Shown: piece after piece, positions 1 through 9,753 of the stretch
Position numbering within the stretch: the stretch's first letter is position 1
How the letters are laid out: every line of letters starts with the position of its first letter
Notes under the pieces: model-generated
Told to the model about the DNA's origin: nothing
The model's input: the letters and a program-made list of their open reading frames with translations, nothing else
Database searches by the model: none
Translations under genes and position numbers: made by a program
NCBI RefSeq assembly: GCF_001194135.2
Contig: NC_068998.1
Coordinates: 16,228,491-16,261,027 of the forward strand
DNA length: 32,537 nucleotides
Origin: Octopus bimaculoides
Lineage: Eukaryota
Direction: 5' to 3'

Positions 1-439
1 TATACACATTTATATGCACTCATTTCAAGATAGCCAGATGGGGATCGATATTCAGTTATTTTGCTGTTGATCGTCTGCTCAACCATTTTATCTCGTGGAG
101 CGAGAAAGAGAGAAAGTGTAAATGAGAGACAGAAAGACAAAGAGAGGGAGACGGAGGAAGGAGAGACAGCTTTTGAAGAACTGTAGACCAAAAGGCTATT
201 TAGAAATAAGATGGCAGTAATGCAAAAATTGACTGTCAGCAGAGTTGGAAGGAAATAAGGACTAGCATACATACTACTAGATGGATATTCAGTACATATG
301 TGTGTGTGTCAGTATGTCTGACTGTTTATCTGTCTTATTGTCTGTCTATCTGTCTTATAGCTGTTCCCCTCCCTCCCCCTCTCTCCCCTTCCTTGTTTTC
401 ATTCTTCTTTATTTTCTATGTCTTTCTATCTTCTGCTCC

Positions 440-478
<39 letters not shown>

Positions 479-706
479 CCATATAGTAAGAGGAACATAA
501 CTACACGAGTTTTGTACGTAGATATATTCTTCACGGTCATACAGATAAATGCGCATGCGCTCGCACGCGCGTACACACACACACTCACACACATACACAT
601 ACAGACATGCGTGCGCTCACACACGTGTGTGTGTGCGCGTGCGCTTTGTCTTGTATCTTTTACTTGTCTTCGCCATTGGATTGTGTCTATCCTGGAGCAC
701 AATTTG

Positions 707-812
707 AAGGGTTTAGTCGAACAATCTAACCTTTGTACTTATTTCGAAAGTCTGGTGCTTATTCTATCGGGCTCCTTTGCTGAAACGCTACGCTAAGGGG
801 ACACTAACAACC
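707..812 (-). mobile_element. Fragment of the 3' half of a tRNA-derived SINE (same family as 8383-8945)
   Basis: The reverse complement (…GCAAAGGAGCCCGATAGAATAAGCACCAGAC…TTCGACTAAACCC) aligns by eye with 8760-8870 of the full-length copy. Confidence 0.65.
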
Positions 813-878
813 TAGCCACATGGTTCTGGGTTTAGTCCCACTACGTGGCACCTTGGGCAAGTGTTTTCTACTATAGCC
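813..878 (+). mobile_element. SINE head fragment (B-box region)
   Basis: CCACATGGTTCTGGGTTTAGTCCCACTACGTGGCACCTTGGGCAAGTGTTTTCTACTATAGCC matches the heads at 8400-8480 (+) and 7810-7870 (-). Confidence 0.75.
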
Positions 879-892
879 TTTTCTACTATAGC

Positions 893-3022
893 TGTTTATG
901 TAAAGGAAAAAATAATAACAGGCTTGAACGAATGTTTCATGACATATAATTGCCCATTACAAAGTCCGGAGGAAATTTTTGCGAAACTCAATGGAGGAAA
1001 TCTTTTTTCAAAGTTGGACTTGTCGGAGGCGTATTTACAGTCACAAGTCGAGGAGGAATGTTCGAAATCATTAACGATAAACACCCATAAAGGTTTATAT
1101 AAATTCATTTGACTTCCTTTTGGGATAAAGGTGGCACCTAGTATTTTCCAAAAGGTGATGGACACGATGTTTGCGGATACGGATTTCGCTATAGCTTATT
1201 TGGATGATATACTCATAAAAAGTGAGTCTCGGGGCCAGCATGAGGAACATGCTAAAAAGGTTTTTGAAAGAATAAAGGAGTATAGATTTAAACTTAGTGA
1301 GGAAAAATGCGAATTTTTCATGCCAGAAATAAAGTATCTAGGGCAAGTTATCGATGAAAATAGTCGCAGGCCAGATCCTTCAAGATCGACTGCAATAAAA
1401 AAAATATGCTTCCCCCGGAAAATATTACAACGTTACAAGCGTTCTTGGGGCTCGCAAACTATTACCAAACATATATACCGAATATGTATGAGCTAAGAGC
1501 ACTCCTAAACAACGTACTGAAAAAAGACGTTGAATGGTTTTGGAAGGGACAGGTGCCATAAAGCGTTCTAAGAAATTTAAAAAGTTTTAACACCGGAACT
1601 GTCATTATCGCACCTTGATCCAAATTTTAAAATAGTAGCATCAGATGCTAGCGAAAGTGGCATAGGAGCGGTAATTTTACACAAGTATGAAAATGGTAGC
1701 CTAAAACCCATCGCTCATGCTTCATGTTCATTGTTGGTGGCTGAAAATAAACTAGTCAAATTGAGAAGACACCAGCCATTTTTTTTTGCGGTGAAAAATT
1801 TCACAAATTCATACATGGAAGAAAATTCAGTCTGCAGATAGACCACAGCCCGTTATTGTCAGTTTACGGATCGAAAAAGGGTATCCCTACACGTACAACC
1901 AACTGATTGCAGCACTGGGGGACGATCCTGCTAAATTATGACTTCAAGACGGAATTTCTATCATCGAAAAAACTGAGACATGCGGATGGGCTGTGAAGAT
2001 TGATGCCTAAATACAATGAACCGTTAGAGGACACTATAATAGCGGCATTAAAAGCTGAAATCGAAATAAAGAATATACTCTGCAAGGTACTACGCAAACT
2101 ACCTGTCACTTTAAAGGAAATAAAAATCAAAGCAGAGAAGGATGTGTTCGTAATAAAAATGAAAAAAATAGGGAAGTCAGAAACAAATACAAAAACTCAT
2201 GTAGCCGAGTGTAACATAGTTTCAAAATGGTATTCGATATGTGATGACGTACTTATGTACGCTCAGAAGGTTACAATACTTCTTTGTTTGCAAAATCGAA
2301 TGCTAAAAGAATTCCACATGGGACATCCGGGAATCGCGAGAATGAAAGCACTGATGAGGAGCTACGAATACGAGCCGAATATGGATCAGGATATTGAAAA
2401 ATTGGTGAAAGCCTGCGGGGGTTGTGCCCTGGCAGTAAAAGCACTACCTATAAAAATTCAGCCTTGGCCCAAGACTGACCAAGGTCCAGATTACACATAA
2501 ATTCGCAAGACCGTTAAATGGAGGGTATTATTTAATAGTTGTGGGCAGTTACACGAAATGGCCGGAAATATGTAAATGTAGGAAGCCAACCTCCAAAGAA
2601 ACAATGGAATTTCTGGACGAACTTTTTGCGCGATATGGCATCCAGACACTAAAATGTCTGATAACGGAACACAGTTAACGTCGAAGGAAATTAATAACTT
2701 TGCAAAATGCATGCAATGGAGCATATTACTACTCCGCCATACCATCCGAGATCGAATGGACTAGCGGAACGTTTCGCAGACACGTTTAAGAGGGCGCTGA
2801 AAAACTGTAGGAATGAACTACTAGCTGATACTACATTGACGCAATTCTTAAGTGTCTACTTGATAACACCTGATCCCAAGACCACTTCAGGTATGTCGCC
2901 GGCTGAACTAATATTCAGCAGAAAAGTCAGGTCAGTGTTTGACAAATTACTACCGGGAATAAAAGAAAAAATGGAGAGAAACACCGAAAATAAGATAAAA
3001 TACTTCAAAATCTGGAAAAGAC
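893..3022 (+). mobile_element. Decayed Ty3/Gypsy LTR retrotransposon pol (RT, RNase H, integrase), truncated at both ends, no LTRs seen
   Basis: Frameshifted and stop-interrupted pieces in Gypsy domain order. RT: FSKLDLSEAYLQ, FQKVMDTMF, AYLDDILI, LGQVID. RNase H-like: SDASESGIGAVI, PIAHAS. Integrase Zn finger: FHMGHPGIARMKALMRSY…CGGC. Integrase core: PPYHPRSNGLAERF. Confidence 0.95.
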
Positions 3023-3512
3023 CAGTTAACTGATCACTCCCGACGCCCAGGTTTTCCCAAAGGACGTCGTCGCTCTTACCCGCCACTAATCCCCCATGGA
3101 ACTCCATAGTTGAACTTCCACCGACCGCATTGCCCGACTAGCAGAACGCTGTGAGTTTTTGCCGACACTCCAGGTGGCAAGCGCCCTTCCTTGATTTACG
3201 TTTGATCCAGGACTGTAGCTCCGTCAATGAGACGGGCTGTGGAAAATCCTGTTTAACAAACGGTGACCACATCCGTTCAGCGCTAAGNNNNNNNNNNNNN
3301 NNNNNNNNNNNNNNNNNNNNNNNNNNNNNNNNNNNNNNNNNNNNNNNNNNNNNNNNNNNNNNNNNNNNNNNNNNNNNNNNNNNNNNNNNNNNNNNNNNNN
3401 NNNNNNNNNNNNNNNNNNNNNNNNNNNNNNNNNNNNNNNNNNNNNNNNNNNNNNNNNNNNNNNNNNNNNNNNNNNNNNNNNNNNNNNNNNNNNNNNNNNN
3501 NNATTCGTGTAA

Positions 3513-3830
3513 TTATTGTTTATCGTTGCTTTGATGATTTCTGTTTTCGCAAGTGTCAATAGATGTCGTGGTGTTGCTTTTATTTCTACTATCTTCTGTC
3601 TCTCTCTTTTCCATCTTCGCATTCTTGCTGCTGCTGCTGCTGCTGCTGATTTCACAAGATTCGCGAGCACTCACATTGCTTAGGCTACTATTGTTGTTGT
3701 CGCTGGGAGTGAGTGATATGAGGGGGGAATCTTCTTCTGCGGGAGGACTGGTGGGAGGAACGGCTTTCCCCCTCAACGCTCTTACGTTGATCGCTGATGC
3801 CGATGGTAATGGTGATGATGACGACGCCAT
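3513..3830 (-). CDS. Candidate first coding exon (low-complexity Ser/Asn-rich N-terminus) of an unidentified host gene or gene relic
   Basis: ATG lies in an AAGATGGCG context. The 105-codon ORF (MASSSSPLPS…) is non-repetitive and CpG-containing. The TAA lies about 10 nt from a gap, and deleting one A of GATAAACAAT would read through as DNNNYTN. Inference only. Confidence 0.4.
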   Translation of the reverse strand: MASSSSPLPSASAINVRALRGKAVPPTSPPAEEDSPLISLTPSDNNNSSLSNVSARESCEISSSSSSSKNAKMEKRETEDSRNKSNTTTSIDTCENRNHQSNDKQ

Positions 3831-3833
3831 CTT
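3823..3833 (-). promoter_or_regulatory. YY1-type motif (AAGATGGCG) overlapping the candidate start codon
   Basis: Plus strand GACGCCATCTT. The identical 11-mer recurs at 4388-4398. Confidence 0.4.
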
Positions 3834-4387
3834 GTGCGTTTGTGTTTTTTTTACACAAGATAGGGCGTTTTTGAGTGCAATAGATAATTAAATGAATAAA
3901 TACTGCCCCTTACGGCGCAGAAACAACCACTGAACACCTGCCAAAAGGATTTTTGAGGTTCTTATTGTCAGTTTATAATAAAAATTAATAACATATATTT
4001 GTAAAGACAAGGTGAACAACACAGTTTAAAGCATAACTTACGAAGCGTGTTCGAAAGAACGGCTTACGTATTCCGCAGCGAATAATAATAATAATAATAA
4101 TAATAACAGCTAAATCGTCCTTAAATCGCACACAACATTTTTTTTCTCTTTCTTGGCATAATCGTATGAATCCCCGTATGTAGAACGCAAATTCGCAAAA
4201 GTTTCATGAAAATTCTAAAAACTATAATAAAAAAAACTCATATGGGCTTATATGGGGTGCTTAAACCAGGATTCCACCAAATTTGGTTGCTATTTCTAGC
4301 AAATAGACCAACCACTTATAAGCTCCTGTAATGGCTCGCTTCGCAAAGCTGTAGATACGCCTGTTGTTCACAATAGTTACTTAAAGT

Positions 4388-4416
4388 GACGCCATCTTTT
4401 ACATGACGTACCCGGA
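4388..4416 (-). promoter_or_regulatory. Second YY1-type motif with adjacent CRE-like TGACGT and ETS-like CCGGAT; possible core promoter
   Basis: GTGACGCCATCTTTTACATGACGTACCCGGAT; motif matches only. Confidence 0.3.
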
Positions 4417-4699
4417 TTTAGCTGTCGATCAATACGCTATCGACTCACCTTATGTAAGTTCCAGGTAAAAACAGCAGAGAATCTGTAAATCATTTGTCCT
4501 TTTGATCTGAAACACCCTTTAGATCTTCGGCTCCTGATGCCATGGAGAGCCGCCAGCCCTGTGCAACATAATGTATCTCACTAAAAACTACATTTCCGTA
4601 GACAGAAATCTGCTTCAAAAGAAACTTAGAAGATTCCAACAGATCCATTAAAGAATTTGCTGCCAGCTTCTTGGACAGAATCCGAAGCGAACAGATTAC

Positions 4700-4744
4700 A
4701 TCATGATGAGAATCATCATCATCAACATCATCATCATCTTCTTC

Positions 4745-4805
<61 letters not shown>

Positions 4806-4824
4806 CCACCACCACCATCATCAT

Positions 4825-4884
<60 letters not shown>

Positions 4885-4893
4885 TTTCAATAA

Positions 4894-4925
<32 letters not shown>

Positions 4926-5332
4926 ATGATAATAACAATAATAATAATAATTGTGATGATGATGATGAAGAAGACGATTGGCTTGGCGGTCATTATCGTC
5001 GTCGTCGTCGTCGTCATCCTCATTCTCATCCTTAGCGTCATGATTATCCTCCTCCTCCTCCTCCTCCTCTTCATCATCATCATCATCATCATTATCATGC
5101 TCACCTTTACGACAACAGCAATAACAGCAATAATACTAAACAATAATATTAATGGTAATGTTGATAAGATTATCATTATTATTATTATCATCATCATCAT
5201 CATCGTCATCATCATCATCATCATCATCATTAATATTGTTTTTAATGTTGTTGCTGTTGCTACGGATTGTGTTGCAGGTGCTGCAGTCTTTGTTATTGTC
5301 GTTGTTGGAGTTGTTTTGCTGTTCTTGCTTTT
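4700..5332. repeat. Compound trinucleotide microsatellite (ATC, ACC, AAT, AGT, GAT, CGT, CCT, GTT)
   Basis: Seen directly; it explains the poly-H/I/N/S/D ORFs listed here. Confidence 0.95.
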
Positions 5333-5891
5333 NNNNNNNNNNNNNNNNNNNNNNNNNNNNNNNNNNNNNNNNNNNNNNNNNNNNNNNNNNNNNNNNNNNN
5401 NNNNNNNNNNNNNNNNNNNNNNNNNNNNNNNNNNNNNNNNNNNNNNNNNNNNNNNNNNNNNNNNNNNNNNNNNNNNNNNNNNNNNNNNNNNNNNNNNNNN
5501 NNNNNNNNNNNNNNNNNNNNNNNNNNNNNNNNNNNNNNNNNNNNNNNNNNNNNNNNNNNNNNNNNNNNNNNNNNNNNNNNNNNNNNNNNNNNNNNNNNNN
5601 NNNNNNNNNNNNNNNNNNNNNNNNNNNNNNNNNNNNNNNNNNNNNNNNNNNNNNNNNNNNNNNNNNNNNNNNNNNNNNNNNNNNNNNNNNNNNGTGGTGG
5701 TGGTGGTGGTGGTGGCGGCGACGGCGGCTGTGTTAGGTGCATCGATCAGTATTATAAAAGCTGTGGGCAGAGTACGGTAGTATTGCGACATGTCTACTCG
5801 GAGTGAATCTATAAGCTTCAATTCACCAAACGTTTCAAATATAACTGTAATTAATTGGGGGTTCTGTGGGGTTGCTTTCAATATCTATATC

Positions 5892-6083
5892 GCGTGGCTT
5901 AGTTGTTTAGAATATTGGACTCATGATCGCAAGATTGTGGTTTCGATTCCTGGACTGGGCGACGCAAAACACTTCTTTTCATTTGCACTCAGCTGGCAAA
6001 AAATGGGTGACCCTGTGATGGACTGGCGTCCTATCCAGGTGGGGAATAAATACGCCACTGAAACCGGGAAACCGGCCCAGTGA
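5892..6083 (+). mobile_element. tRNA-derived SINE with V-domain-like core
   Basis: A-box-like TGGCTTAGTTG, B-box-like GGTTTCGATTCC, and CCCTGTGATGGACTGGCGTCCTATCCAGG…GAAACCGGG resembling V-SINE cores as recalled. Confidence 0.65.
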
Positions 6084-6269
6084 ATCTATATGACTTGGGA
6101 AGAAACTTTATCTTTTTTATCTTATTCTCAGTATTACCAATTGTACATCTTGGATACCTACATATATTTCATTTCATTTATTTTATTTTTTATTTTTAAT
6201 TGTTTATTTTTGTTTTTCCATCAATCCACCATCCTCCTCTGCCCACTATTCCTGATAGCGTCGAGGGAG

Positions 6270-6720
6270 TAGAACCCTTTGGAACCTCTTTCATAGAGTA
6301 CTATCAGAAGCGACCGCCATTAGACTTTTCTGTCGGATTTCGTAGCGTGACTAGATGAGACACTTGAGATTCCTGCCGGTTGACTAGGCTCGAAGAATCC
6401 GTCTTGTGATTCTTTCCTGCGACCTTCTAATCGCATGTCCGTAGGACCGGCGCTGTGACCTTTCTATGCGGAGAAGTAGCGAGTCAGCCTGAAGAGACTC
6501 CTTGGTCTTCGAGCTACGCTCTGTGTCGAGTAACGTGACTGCAGAGATCCTTCGGAGGAACCTCATTTCGGCCGCCTCCATTCACAATCGTACTCTTTGG
6601 TCATTACCCAACATTCATGACCATAAGTGAGGACAGGCACGGAAACCGAAGTGAAGACAGTTTGCTCGACATTTTTACTGACCTCTTCTTTTCTGAGGAT
6701 GGAATGAAAACGGAGAAGGT
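6270..6720 (-). mobile_element. RTE-clade LINE, 3' end of RT ORF (decayed)
   Basis: VPVLTYGHECWVMTK, frameshifted into EAAEMRFLRRISAVTLLDTERS…LLLRIERSQRRSYGHAIR, the typical RTE C-terminal motifs. Confidence 0.85.
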
Positions 6721-7076
6721 GGATGGATTATATATATATATATATATNNNNNNNNNNNNNNNNNNNNNNNNNNNNNNNNNNNNNNNNNNNNNNNNNNNNN
6801 NNNNNNNNNNNNNNNNNNNNNNNNNNNNNNNNNNNNNNNNNNNNNNNNNNNNNNNNNNNNNNNNNNNNNNNNNNNNNNNNNNNNNNNNNNNNNNNNNNNN
6901 NNNNNNNNNNNNNNNNNNNNNNNNNNNNNNNNNNNNNNNNNNNNNNNNNNNNNNNNNNNNNNNNNNNNNNNNNNNNNNNNNNNNNNNNNNNNNNNNNNNN
7001 NNNNNNNNNNNNNNNNNNNNNNNNNACAAGAAAATAATAATAACCAGAGTACAGAAAACACACAAGCCACATAGAG

Positions 7077-7153
7077 AACATTTTCCTTCATCAGCTACCC
7101 CTGTTTTAACACCGGCGTTTCGAAGAGTTGGGCAGGACGCATCGTTAAAACGG
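7077..7153 (-). ncRNA. Candidate non-circularly permuted hammerhead ribozyme
   Basis: Minus strand: GCGU-C(17)-CUGCCC-AACUC-UUC-GAA-ACGC…GGGUAG-CUGAUGA-A-GGA. Helix III GCGU/ACGC, helix I CUGCCC/GGGUAG, helix II GGA/UUC. Confidence 0.6.
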
Positions 7154-7492
7154 CTCTTCCCATGGACCGCAAATTAAATTTGTATACACAAATTAAACCT
7201 GTGCCATGGAGGAATGTAGTGGCGGACAAAAAACAAGACAGGAAGACAAACGGAAAAGGCTGTGCGGCCAGACGTGAAAAATTATGTGTATATGAACGCA
7301 GTGAGGCACGAACTGAAAAAGACGGGACGAAGTAAGTTCGCGTGTTTGCTCGGCGATAGCCAAGGAAGAAAAGGATTAGTGACCGAACGCATGTGACCAA
7401 ACAGGGGTAAGGGTGAGAGAGAGAGAGTGGTAGAGAGAGAAACAAAGGGAGGAAGTAGAAGAATAGGTGAGCAACGAAAGTAAGAGAGGAAA

Positions 7493-7606
7493 TAGTAGTA
7501 ACAGAGGAAGAACGAGAGGGAAAGAGAGAGATATAGTAGTAACAGAGGAAGAACGAGAGGGGTAAAGAGAGATACGTAGTAGTAACAGAGGAAGAACGAA
7601 AGGGGG
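7493..7606 (+). repeat. Three-copy 41-43 bp purine-rich minisatellite
   Basis: TAGTAGTAACAGAGGAAGAACGA starts at 7493, 7534 and 7577. Confidence 0.85.
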
Positions 7607-7746
7607 GAAAATGATAGAGAAAGCGATAGAGTCGCGTCAGAAAATATAAAGTTGAAAACTACTTACAACTGGGATGACGCAGGCGTTCGATCATGTAAAA
7701 CAATAATAAATGAGTATATGCATATATACGTACAGGTATATATAAT

Positions 7747-7900
7747 GGGCTGCTTCTTCCAGATTCCATCAACCAAATCCACTAACAAAGTTTTGGTCGG
7801 CCCGAGGCGATAGCAGAAGACACTTGCTCAAGGTGCCACGCAGTCGGGCTGAACCCGGAACCATGTGTTTAGGAAACAAGCTTCTTACCACACAGCCACA
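7747..7900 (-). mobile_element. tRNA-derived SINE, 5' half
   Basis: The reverse complement begins GTGGCTGTGTGGTAAGAAGCTTG…ACATGGTTCCGGGTTCAGCCCGACTGCGTGGCACCTTGAGCAAGTGTCTTCTGC, homologous to 8390-8480. Confidence 0.8.
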
Positions 7901-8382
7901 TCTGCGCCTTGTTGACTGAGCATAAGTTGATTTCCTTTACAAACATGCTCCACTTGTTCCAGCGTCGATTGTGCCATACATCCATCGAAGAGATTGGATA
8001 TTTTTGCGGTTCGATACAATAAGTACCTGTAATCTAATGATCGATTTCAATCGATTACATCATCCCTACCTAACCTCACGTCCACATTAATTAATCATGT
8101 GCCAATGTTAAAAATCATTATTACTAATGTCGGTGTTAGGTGAGTTCAGTGTAAAAGAAAATCAATATTGTTTATACAAATAAAAAAAAAATCAGAGAGA
8201 CATCTAAGCTAATAATTATGATTTATTTGTATTCCTTTGGCGACCAATTCTCATCTGTGGATCGAATCAGACCATATTGAATATTCCTCCTCATTTTTCT
8301 GTCTCTTTCAAGTTCCTACCAATTTTTATTTATTAATTACTATTATTATTTTATTCCTTTTTCCCAAACCTTGTAAGCAAGC

Positions 8383-8551
8383 GTGGTCATATTTGTGTGG
8401 TTAAGAAACTCGCTTTGCAGCCCGTGGTTTTGGGTTCAATCCCATTACACGACACCTTGAGCAAGAGTCTTCTGCTACAGCCTCGGACTGATCAACACCT
8501 TGGGAATGAATTTGAGAGACGGAAACTGTTTAGAAGCCTATCGTATGTATG

Positions 8552-8620
<69 letters not shown>

Positions 8621-8945
8621 ACACACACATACAAATTCTCACATATATATATGTGTGTGTATGAATGTGCGTGCGTGTGTGTGGGTGCGTATGTGTGTGT
8701 ATGTGTGTGTATGTTTGTGTATGTATGTGTATGTGTGTCACTCTCACTGCTTGACAACAGGTGTTAGTTCGTTCACATCCCTGTAACACTTCGGTTCGAC
8801 AAAAGACACCGACGGAATAAACACGAGGCTTGAAAGAAAAGTTATTGAGGTTGATTGGCTCAACTAAATCCTTCGAGGCTGTAACCACAACATGGCTGCA
8901 GTCCAATGACTGAAATGAGAAAAAGATATAAGATAAAAGAAGATA
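8383..8945 (+). mobile_element. Near full-length tRNA-derived SINE with internal (TA)n/(TG)n microsatellite and AAGAT-type tail
   Basis: Head with GGGTTCAATCCC B box (about 8383-8535), microsatellite 8545-8735, and 3' half ending GCTGCAGTCCAATGACTGAAA…AAGATATAAGATAAAAGA. Confidence 0.8.
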
Positions 8946-9319
8946 TAGATATAACTCTTAATCTAGACTGACGAACATGTGTACTGTAGGTGACGTCATG
9001 ATCTTTCTAGAGTCAATTGCAGACAAAAGGAGACTAACATTCTGACCGAAAATCCACCCCCACTCACACCGAATAGCACTATGCTACAGATTATATTCCA
9101 CTCAAAATGAAATCCACTTTGGAATAAGTTAGACGTCCACTTCTTGCTTATGGGGAAGTGATATGAAAATCATTATTGTGAGATGCTGAATCAGAATTTA
9201 TATGGTCATTGGCGCCTAACTTTTGGAGTTTATGAATAAAACATGAACACACAAACATGCACTGATACATACGTACATACGTACCTACGTAGATAGATAG
9301 CTAGAGAGAGAGAGAGAGC

Positions 9320-9528
9320 TTGTTGGTTTCGAATTTTCACACAAGTTCGGGGGACAGGGTGAGTTGATTACTCCGACCTCAGTGCTCAAATAGTACTTAT
9401 TTTATCGACTCCGAAAGGATAAAAGGCAAAGTCGACATTAACGGAATTTGAACTCAGAACGTTAAAGACAAATGAAATCCGCTAAGCGTGTTACCTGATG
9501 TGCTAACGATTCTGCTAGCTCACCGCCA
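9320..9528 (-). mobile_element. SINE (GGCGGTGAGCTGGCAGAATCGTTAG family)
   Basis: Homologous by eye to 11305-11537 and 23721-23936. Confidence 0.8.
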
Positions 9529-9541
9529 TTTTGTCTCTATA

Positions 9542-9753
9542 TATTGGTTTCAAATTTTCACACAAGGCGAGCAAGTTTCGGAGAAGAGGCTAAGTCGATT
9601 ACATCGACCCAATGCTCAACTGCTACTTTACCGACTCCCAAGGGATGAAAAGCAAAGTCGACATTAGCGGAATTTGAACGCAGCACTTGAAGACGAACGA
9701 AATGCTGCTAAGCACTTTGTCCGGCGTGCTAACGATTCTGCCAGCTCGACACC
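9542..9753 (-). mobile_element. SINE of the same family, tandem to the previous copy
   Basis: Shares GAGCTGGCAGAATCGTTAGCACGCCGG, GTTCAAATTCCGC and GTCGACTTT blocks on minus. Confidence 0.8.

Larger units (their letters stand above)
7026..7620 (-). mobile_element. Presumed Penelope-like element pseudo-LTR / non-autonomous derivative carrying a hammerhead motif
   Basis: Non-coding, pyrimidine-rich 5' part on minus, hammerhead core motifs at 7088-7140, and a (TA)n flank across the gap. PLE assignment is inferred from the known PLE-hammerhead association. Confidence 0.5.

Noticed and set aside
2351-2390. CTGATGA-GG…CC-GAAT hammerhead-like pattern
   Set aside because: It lies in the Gypsy integrase coding frame (LMRSY…PNM), has no helix I or III, and is explained by codon content.
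3140-3240. ARLIDG…SVLLVG resemblance to the FolD N-terminus in another minus frame
   Set aside because: Spacing is wrong and the frame has in-frame stops; chance.
4490-5881. 463-aa ORF and other long ORFs crossing gaps or microsatellites (10.4, 19.6, 26.4 kb)
   Set aside because: They are composed of N runs and homopolymeric amino acids produced by simple repeats.
5892-5955. tRNA gene calls at A/B-box motifs (also 8390-8450, 11310-11395)
   Set aside because: No complete cloverleaf, and each continues into a SINE body.
7493-7606. Regularly spaced repeats (also 28084-28283) as a CRISPR-like array
   Set aside because: Eukaryotic context, no unique spacers and no cas genes; these are ordinary minisatellites.
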